The notes beneath the pieces were generated by a model that had not been told where the DNA came from, did no database searches, and was given only the letters and a program-made list of their open reading frames with translations. A stretch of DNA of 64,000 bases, from positions 98,974 to 162,973 of the forward strand of contig CAZOZN010000002.1 of the NCBI GenBank assembly GCA_964584335.1. Reading direction: 5' to 3'. The position numbers and the translations under genes were made by a program. Below, piece after piece: positions 57,495-64,000 of the stretch (positions within the stretch are counted from its first letter, which is position 1; every line of letters begins with the position of its first letter). This DNA is from an uncultured archaeon. GTDB lineage: Archaea; Aenigmatarchaeota; Aenigmatarchaeia; PWEA01; JAGHBM01.

Positions 57495-59294
57495 TTAAAT
57501 AAAGACCTTTATTTCTTTCTTTTTTGTTATAGCATTCAATAACTCCTTCCCCAGTTCCGAGTTTTTAGATATCCTAATTTGACCGCTCTTGCCGACCGTA
57601 GCCGTAAAGATATATTCGTCGTCTATATATGTATTGGCGTTTTCCCCCCTTAGCTTCTTGTTAAATGAAAATATTAAATATGCGCCGCTCTCACTGACAC
57701 TAAAACTAACTTCCTTGCCAAGGCTTTCGACCTTTGGCTGTACATCTATGCTTACACCCAGCTTTCTTTCTATTTTTTCTATGTTCTTGCCTTCTTTTCC
57801 TATCAGCTTGGGTATAGCTTTGTTAGAGACCTTTACTATTACTCTTTTTCCTCCGACACACTCAACCTGGGCAGACTTGTCATATTTTTTTATTTCATCC
57901 AATATCTTTTCTATGGCCAAGTTCTGAATTGGTTCGGTTTTTTCTTCTTTAACTTCCACAACCACGTTTTCCTCTCCGTATGTGTATATTTCGTAATTCA
58001 ATTTTCCCGTCTCAAAATCACTTATCTCGACTACGGGTCTAGCAAGGTCCTGTTCAACCATTCCAGAGGGAACCTTAACCCTCATGGATACCGAGTACAC
58101 GGTGTCTATACCTCCATTGTCTATGTAAATTATAGTATCCAGTATGTGTGGTATCATTCCGAGTTCTGTCCTGCCTATAAACCTTTGTACAGCATTTATA
58201 GGGTCGCTGGCGTGAACAACACCAACCATTCCTATACCAGAAAGTCTCATATCAGAAAATACCTTGAAGTCGGATGTCTTTCTCATCTCATCATAAATAG
58301 TATAATCTGGCCTGACAAGAAGAAGTATATCAGCCGAATTTGACATGCTTCCATTTAAAGGAGCATACTGTGTGACTTCTGGTGGTACCTGCAAATCTCT
58401 CGGCGACTCAAGAGTTTTTATTATTTTTCCGTTCTTAAGGTAAAATTCGACCAGAGCGGAAGCAAAAGTTGACTTTCCGGAACCGGGAGAACCAGATACC
58501 AGTATGCCCTCTGCCTTGCCTTTAAGTCTCTTCAAAAGTTTTTTGGAAATATTATAATCTTTTAGCTTAAGGCTTACGGTTGGCCTAACGATTGTTATTT
58601 CATAATCCCTGGAAAATGGAGGTTTTGTTATAGCTATCCTGTACTCACCAAGCTGTATGACCTCGGCCCCGTTCCTTTTTATCTCGAATTCACCCTTCTC
58701 ATGCCTTGATACATAAACTATATTGCTTGCCATTTTTTCTAAATCTTCTCTGGTGCATTTTTTCTTATCAAGCTTCTTTATTTTTACTTTACCCGGCTTA
58801 CCAACTTTTGATACCGGTATGGCGTTTTCCTTGAAATGAAGGGACATTGTATTCTTGGTAATGTACTTGTCGAAACCAAGCTTTTTGTCGGTCTTTGTAT
58901 CCAAGTATACCACTTCAAGACCGTCCGCCTTTGCTACCTCGGCCTGAACCAAATCCTCCGTGTAAAGAATCGCTTCTTCTTGTTTAGCAACATCCCTTAT
59001 CAAGGCGTCTATCCTACCTTTCTTTGCAAGCCTTATTTCATCTGGGGTAGGCCTTCTTCCTGTTCCCATTACATTCATTTTATTGTTCTTGGAGAGTTCC
59101 CTTAGTTTTTTTATCTCGTTTAATCCATCAAAACCTATTTCAAGGCCCCTGTTGGCTTGTGCCTGTAGTTCATCTAAAACCATCTCGGGTATAATTATAT
59201 CAATATTTTTTAACTCCTTTTTAACTATGAGTTCAGACAGTTTTCCATCTATAATAATAGAAGTGTCTGGTACTATTTTTCTTCTTTTTTTCAT
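57495..59294 (-). CDS. PINA ATPase (PIN + PilT-like ATPase + KH)
   Basis: VPDTSIIIDG PIN; GSPGSGKST; ESPRDL; LLVRPDYTIYDE; LIGKEG KH. Confidence 0.93.
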   Translation of the reverse strand: MKKRRKIVPDTSIIIDGKLSELIVKKELKNIDIIIPEMVLDELQAQANRGLEIGFDGLNEIKKLRELSKNNKMNVMGTGRRPTPDEIRLAKKGRIDALIRDVAKQEEAILYTEDLVQAEVAKADGLEVVYLDTKTDKKLGFDKYITKNTMSLHFKENAIPVSKVGKPGKVKIKKLDKKKCTREDLEKMASNIVYVSRHEKGEFEIKRNGAEVIQLGEYRIAITKPPFSRDYEITIVRPTVSLKLKDYNISKKLLKRLKGKAEGILVSGSPGSGKSTFASALVEFYLKNGKIIKTLESPRDLQVPPEVTQYAPLNGSMSNSADILLLVRPDYTIYDEMRKTSDFKVFSDMRLSGIGMVGVVHASDPINAVQRFIGRTELGMIPHILDTIIYIDNGGIDTVYSVSMRVKVPSGMVEQDLARPVVEISDFETGKLNYEIYTYGEENVVVEVKEEKTEPIQNLAIEKILDEIKKYDKSAQVECVGGKRVIVKVSNKAIPKLIGKEGKNIEKIERKLGVSIDVQPKVESLGKEVSFSVSESGAYLIFSFNKKLRGENANTYIDDEYIFTATVGKSGQIRISKNSELGKELLNAITKKKEIKVFI

Positions 59295-59440
59295 ATTTTC
59301 ACCTCTTTAAAAACGTAATTAGTATTTTATCGAATTAATCGTCATTTGTTGTCTGTTTTTTAATCTCTATTTTATAAACCATATTTCAATACAGATAAAT
59401 GTTTAAATTATACGCAGTTTTACTCTATTCTGGTGCTAAG

Positions 59441-59560
59441 ATGAAATGTCCTGAGTGTGGAAGTGTTGATATAAAAAGGGAGGATGACGGCAGAAACATA
59501 TTGATTTTCTGCGGTTCCTGCGGCCTTGTTATTGAAGATGAAATTATAGTCTCCAACTAA
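59441..59560 (+). CDS. 39-aa TFIIB/TFB-type zinc-ribbon protein (not in ORF track)
   Basis: MKCPECGSVDIKREDDGRNILIFCGSCGLVIEDEIIVSN; GGTG SD and TTTAAA upstream. Confidence 0.75.
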   Translation: MKCPECGSVDIKREDDGRNILIFCGSCGLVIEDEIIVSN

Positions 59561-59562
59561 AA

Positions 59563-60774
59563 TCAAGACAAGTCCTTTTGTATATAGACCTCCATATTCT
59601 TCGGGGGACTTATTCTTCCTCTTACTTTCATCCCGACCAAATATTTTATGTTTTTCTCTGCGGCGAACTTCACCAGTTTTTGGTCCAGAGATCCGTCAAA
59701 AAGAATGGCGTAAACATCCTTAATCTCTCTTAGAGCACCGAACATTTCTTTTACAGGTATCTTACCTATTATTTTCATGTTTTCATCAAAGAAATAAGCA
59801 GCTCTTGTTCCTGTAAGGTCAGAAAGAGTTTTTTTAAACTCTTCTTTGTGTTTAATCTCTTTTTTGTGCTTGAAATCTTTTTTTGAGGTTTTTTTAGTGC
59901 TTTTTTTGTTTTTGTTGTTGTTTTTTGTTTTTGATTTGTTGTTTCCGTTTGTTTCTATTTTCTCCTGGTCTGAAGGTATTTTATCCCTTAAACTCTTATA
60001 TATTTCTTTTTTAGTTAAATCCTCGACTTCTTTGCCTCTCGGAGCTCTTGCAACGAAATCTAAATCCATTTTCTTTTGTATCATTTCCTTTAATATCAAA
60101 TCTCCTCCTCTGTCTCCGTCAAGAAAAACTGTTGTGGTCTTCTCCCTGCTGAGATTTACTATAGATTGGGGAACAGAAGAGCCTTCTATTGCTATAACGT
60201 TTTTTATTCCGTTTTTAAGCAATTTTATAACATCTGCCCTGCCTTCGCATACTATAATAGAATCGTATGAGTTTATGTTTGGTCCTGACGGGAGCCCTTT
60301 ATATTCAGTAGCCTCAGATGAACGTACTGCTTCCTTTATTTCCTCGGCTATTTCCTGTGTTTCTGGCATTCCCTCTTCAAAAACAGTTTTAAGTATCTCC
60401 TTTGCTCTATCGACCACATACTTCCTTTTTAGAGCCCTTATGTCTTCTATCTTTTCAACGTTTATTTTTGCATCGCAGGGCCCAACTCTTTCTATAGTCT
60501 CTAAAGTTGATGCTATCAGTGCCGTTTCGCTGGCATCAAGGGAAGACGGTATATTTATTGTTCCGTCTGTGTTTCCTTTCTTAACATTGAGTTTTACCTC
60601 TATCCTACCTATTCTCCCTGTCCTTTGAAGCTCTCTCAAGTCCATATCAGAACCTAAAAGACCCTCTGTCTGTCCAAAAACAGCACCTATTACATCAGGC
60701 TTCTCCACTACTCCTTTTGATTTGAAGTTAGCCACGATGTTATATTTTGATGTTGATTGAGCCAATTTGCTCAT
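59563..60774 (-). CDS. dnaG: Archaeal DnaG (exosome-associated)
   Basis: PDVIGAVFGQTEGLLG, VCEGRADV, DGDRGG, APRGKEVE. Confidence 0.96.
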   Translation of the reverse strand: MSKLAQSTSKYNIVANFKSKGVVEKPDVIGAVFGQTEGLLGSDMDLRELQRTGRIGRIEVKLNVKKGNTDGTINIPSSLDASETALIASTLETIERVGPCDAKINVEKIEDIRALKRKYVVDRAKEILKTVFEEGMPETQEIAEEIKEAVRSSEATEYKGLPSGPNINSYDSIIVCEGRADVIKLLKNGIKNVIAIEGSSVPQSIVNLSREKTTTVFLDGDRGGDLILKEMIQKKMDLDFVARAPRGKEVEDLTKKEIYKSLRDKIPSDQEKIETNGNNKSKTKNNNKNKKSTKKTSKKDFKHKKEIKHKEEFKKTLSDLTGTRAAYFFDENMKIIGKIPVKEMFGALREIKDVYAILFDGSLDQKLVKFAAEKNIKYLVGMKVRGRISPPKNMEVYIQKDLS

Positions 60775-60871
60775 ATAATCACCCCGTATTAAAACCTAGA
60801 AAGAACTTGGCCACTTAGACCACTGTAAACCCCAAAGGGGCAAATTTAATGAATTATGAACATGAAATGTC

Positions 60872-61135
60872 TTAGTCCTTTCTATAGGTTCTTATCATTT
60901 CTGATATATTATCTATATCTCCCGCAACCTTTATAAACTTATCCCTTGAAGTTGCACCCGAAACAAAGGAGTAATCTCCAAAAACTTTTCTTAAAACTTT
61001 ATCTACCTCCTTGTTTGCCATTCCCTTTTTTGGTGGCTTCTTGACATGCAAACTCAAATAAAATCCTCTAAAATCCTTTTTTAGCTCTATTTCAGGCTTT
61101 TTTGAGTTTGGTTTTACTCTAACCCTTAACAACAT
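60872..61135 (-). CDS. DUF167/YggU-family protein
   Basis: VRVKPNS, PPKKGMAN, GATSRDK. Confidence 0.88.
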   Translation of the reverse strand: MLLRVRVKPNSKKPEIELKKDFRGFYLSLHVKKPPKKGMANKEVDKVLRKVFGDYSFVSGATSRDKFIKVAGDIDNISEMIRTYRKD

Positions 61136-61170
61136 AAAACTATTTAACAGTTTTTATATTATAAAGTATA

Positions 61171-61518
61171 ATGAAAAAACCTTTTGTTTATAAAGCATTT
61201 CAAGTATGTGACCACAGAAAAGGAAAAATAGGCGAAAAATACCTTTGTATAGATTACAGAAACAAGAAAAAGGAATACTACAAGGATTATGAAGGAGCTG
61301 CAGAAAAAATCATCAATTTAGAAGGTGTTGTGTTCTACAAGCCAAACAATTTTCCGCCTTCAAAATGCGAGGTAGAGTTTTCAGGTAAGTGTTCTGAGGA
61401 AACAGAACTTATTCCAAGAAACACGTGGATATACAGGAAACTGGGCAACAAAGAAATAATAAAATTAAAAGAAGAACTGGAACACCAGAGAGTTTGTTCT
61501 TTTGTTGATAGTTTGTGA
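61171..61518 (+). CDS. Hypothetical protein
   Basis: 115-aa ORF with typical codon usage; no motif. Confidence 0.55.
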   Translation: MKKPFVYKAFQVCDHRKGKIGEKYLCIDYRNKKKEYYKDYEGAAEKIINLEGVVFYKPNNFPPSKCEVEFSGKCSEETELIPRNTWIYRKLGNKEIIKLKEELEHQRVCSFVDSL

Positions 61519-61619
61519 CCCGCCCATAACACTCCTTTTCATAGAAAGCCTTTTGGCCTCTTTAAGAGCTGATCTAGACGGGCCTGATAAAATTAATAAG
61601 ATGAATTATTTAAAGTTGT

Positions 61620-61766
61620 TTATGGCACGCTGCATTCTCCGCGTATCTCATATGTGCTATCATGCTCAACAACTACGGGTGCTATGAACCTGACCTTTAT
61701 TTTCCTTCCGCAGCTACACTTGACTTCTATCTCCTTTATACCATCTTTCTCTAATATCTCTGTCAT
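61620..61766 (-). CDS. Small hypothetical protein (CSCG, possible metal binding)
   Basis: MTEILEKDG...KCSCGRKI...; AGGTGA SD before ATG 61766. Confidence 0.55.
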   Translation of the reverse strand: MTEILEKDGIKEIEVKCSCGRKIKVRFIAPVVVEHDSTYEIRGECSVP

Positions 61767-61807
61767 AAAATTCACCTTTGGATAAAGAAGATTCAACAAC
61801 AAAGTAT

Positions 61808-62134
61808 TTAAACGTTTTTTTCTTTTAATTTCATTATCGCTTCGGCCATATCACCGGTCTCGTCAAGTGCCTTGATTGCTTCTTCATCTGAACATCCTGT
61901 CTGATTCATTATCAATTCCACATCCTCTTCAGAAAAATTTTCCTTAAGTTCCTCTGAAACTTCACCAACAACCTGAAAAGTTTCCTGACCACCCATTCTA
62001 ATCTTAGAAACAGAGGGACTGGAAATAACAATTTTTTTGTCTTTACATTCAATTAAGACCTTTTCTGCATCTATCTCTTCGGATTTTATGCCCATTCTTT
62101 TCATTGCTTTTTGCATTTGTCTTTGATTAAACAT
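61808..62134 (-). CDS. nac: Nascent polypeptide-associated complex protein
   Basis: RQMQKAMKRMGI, FQVVG, C-terminal UBA EDVELIMNQTG...GDMAEAI. Confidence 0.95.
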   Translation of the reverse strand: MFNQRQMQKAMKRMGIKSEEIDAEKVLIECKDKKIVISSPSVSKIRMGGQETFQVVGEVSEELKENFSEEDVELIMNQTGCSDEEAIKALDETGDMAEAIMKLKEKNV

Positions 62135-62201
62135 TATAACACCACCAATTCTTATTAAAAAGTATTATATATAATAAAGTTTTAAAATTATTAGTGATAA
62201 A

Positions 62202-62465
62202 ATGAAACTTGGTTGGCAACTAAAAGAAGAAGCACCACTATTCATAATAGTGCTTGTTATAGTAGCTGGACTTATGTGGAATACCGGAAAAACACCTGAA
62301 CTTTCCTTTGGAACCGGTTTCTTGGTTGCGGCTGTTATAACATCTTTGGAAGTAATGATCGATGCTGCGAAGGAGAAAGGAAATAAACCACCTGCGAAAA
62401 AGAAAACAAGTAAGAAAAAGAAGACAACAAAGAAAAAGAAAACAAGTAAGAAAAAGAAAAAATGA
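62202..62465 (+). CDS. Small two-TM protein with KKKT(S/T) repeat tail
   Basis: Two hydrophobic helices, then AKKKTSKKKKTTKKKKTSKKKKK. Confidence 0.65.
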   Translation: MKLGWQLKEEAPLFIIVLVIVAGLMWNTGKTPELSFGTGFLVAAVITSLEVMIDAAKEKGNKPPAKKKTSKKKKTTKKKKTSKKKKK

Positions 62466-62492
62466 TTTATTTCCTTTTCTAGAAACTAAAGC

Positions 62493-63677
62493 ATGGACTT
62501 ACTTTTCATTATTTTTTATATTTTTCTTGGTATTTTAATTGGAACAATTACTGGTCTTATTCCCGGTCTGCACCCAAACACGGTTTGTGCAATTTTTCTT
62601 GGTTTTGTTTTCTTAAGCCCTACAAATATGTCGGTCCTGTTGATATCGGTCGCTGTTACGCATACCTTCATAGATTTTATACCTTCTATAATGATGGGCG
62701 CGCCAGATTCAGGAACTTCATTGTCTGTCCTGCCCGGACATAAAATGATGATGAGGGGTTTGGGTTACAGGGCAATAAAGTTAACTGTTCTTGGCGGCAT
62801 TTTTTCAATTTTCATAATAATTTTGCTGATTCCCTTGATTTTTACTATCGTTTCGCCTGCTTATGAATTAGTAATAGGAAATATACACTTGATTCTAATA
62901 ATCATCACACTGTCTCTTTTCATAAAAGACCGGAGTTTGTGGGGAGTCTTTATATTCCTAATTTCAGGGTTTCTCGGTTATATTGTATTAAACGGAAATT
63001 TTCTCGGAAGGTTTGAAATTTTACCGTTGTTAACAGGTTTCTTTGGTCTCAGTATGATAACTAAATCGATTATGGACAATATTAAAATTCCTATACAAAA
63101 AATAGAAGAAGAAAAAATAAGAAAAAAAGATATAGCTGTTGGTAGTTTGGTTGGTTCTCTTTCTGGATTGTTGGTTGGTTTCCTGCCTGGTATAGGAGCA
63201 GCACAGGCAACATTTATTTCGCAGCAAATAATAAGAGATGAATCAAATACAAGATTTATGATATCGCTGGGTGGTGTAAATACTGCTGTCGCTATATTTT
63301 CAATGCTTTCTTTATGGGTTGTGGGTAGACCGAGAAGCGGTGTTTCCGTTGCAGTAAAAGAACTTGTTGGAAACCTAAATCTTGGTGAATTTGTTTTGTT
63401 TTTGGGTGTTGTTGTTCTTGTCGGTGGTGTTTCTTCAATAATAACATTAAAAATAACTAAAACTTTCATAAAAATTTTCAGAAAGATAAATTACAAAAAA
63501 CTGGCATTTTCTGTAATGTTTTTTATAATAACAATAACATTCGTATTTACAGGCTTTTTGGGTATTTTTGTTTTGTTCCTATCGGCCTCCATAGGAATGG
63601 TTTGTATTTTGACCGGCACCAGACGTAGTTATATGATGGGCTCGTTAATATTACCGATAATATTATTTTTTATTTAG
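62493..63677 (+). CDS. TctA-like (DUF112) membrane transporter
   Basis: GLIPGLHPN, FIPSIMMGAP, SVLPGH, GRPRSG. Confidence 0.9.
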   Translation: MDLLFIIFYIFLGILIGTITGLIPGLHPNTVCAIFLGFVFLSPTNMSVLLISVAVTHTFIDFIPSIMMGAPDSGTSLSVLPGHKMMMRGLGYRAIKLTVLGGIFSIFIIILLIPLIFTIVSPAYELVIGNIHLILIIITLSLFIKDRSLWGVFIFLISGFLGYIVLNGNFLGRFEILPLLTGFFGLSMITKSIMDNIKIPIQKIEEEKIRKKDIAVGSLVGSLSGLLVGFLPGIGAAQATFISQQIIRDESNTRFMISLGGVNTAVAIFSMLSLWVVGRPRSGVSVAVKELVGNLNLGEFVLFLGVVVLVGGVSSIITLKITKTFIKIFRKINYKKLAFSVMFFIITITFVFTGFLGIFVLFLSASIGMVCILTGTRRSYMMGSLILPIILFFI

Positions 63678-64000
63678 AAGTGAAAAAATTATTTCCTTGT
63701 TTCTTATTAAAATCGGTAAAATAAAACCAATTGCCGCCCCAAAAAATATATCTACCCAATAATGCACTCCAAGAACCACTCTTGAATAAGATATTAAGAT
63801 TCCATAAATAACCAGTGTCTTTCTGTATTTTTTGTCATGGAAAAAAAATCCAGCAGGTATCATGCCCAAAGATGCATGCATGCTTGGAAAAGACTGTGTC
63901 GGTGGTAAAGGTATTAAGGAGTTTACAGGTCTGGGAACGTTAATGAATATCTTCAAAAAATAAACTGAAATTATCACCAAAGAAAGAGACAGACAATACA
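63663..64000 (-). CDS. PAP2-family phosphatase, 5'-partial
   Basis: K...PRP, SFPSMHA, SRVVLGVHYWVD. Confidence 0.9.
   Translation of the reverse strand, partial: YCLSLSLVIISVYFLKIFINVPRPVNSLIPLPPTQSFPSMHASLGMIPAGFFFHDKKYRKTLVIYGILISYSRVVLGVHYWVDIFFGAAIGFILPILIRNKEIIFSLLNKK

Noticed and set aside
61515-61590. Split or permuted tRNA half
   Set aside because: The 5' end resembles a tRNA start, but no anticodon or T arm follows

Overview
AT-rich archaeal chromosomal segment. The compact gene set, GGTGA/GGAGG Shine-Dalgarno motifs, histone, RadA, Topo VI, FtsZ-SecE-Spt5-uL11-uL1-uL10-P1 cluster and group 3b hydrogenase suggest a DPANN-type archaeon, possibly Aenigmarchaeota-like; the taxon is an inference. 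Most of the window is housekeeping: four aminoacyl-tRNA synthetases, ribosome biogenesis, class III ribonucleotide reductase, peptidases, an ABC/S-layer module, PINA and DnaG. There are five tRNA genes, four with introns, three of those introns at non-canonical positions. No CRISPR array or transposase was seen. Main leads: (1) a ~750-bp intergenic array (36014-36766) of 11-bp-phased repeats whose perfect copies (TTCACGTGAA) equal the core of bacterial parS. It lies between an AAA+ ATPase-wHTH gene and an HTH gene, and related motifs recur about 7 kb away beside two wHTH genes and near-pure-AT tracts, making it a candidate non-canonical centromere, origin or terminus system. (2) An unannotated 47-aa ORF coupled to alaS that resembles the AlaRS dimerization helices. 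(3) A splicing endonuclease lacking the canonical catalytic Lys, next to non-canonically interrupted tRNAs and a catalytically dead archaemetzincin. (4) A stand-alone TFB-like zinc ribbon.
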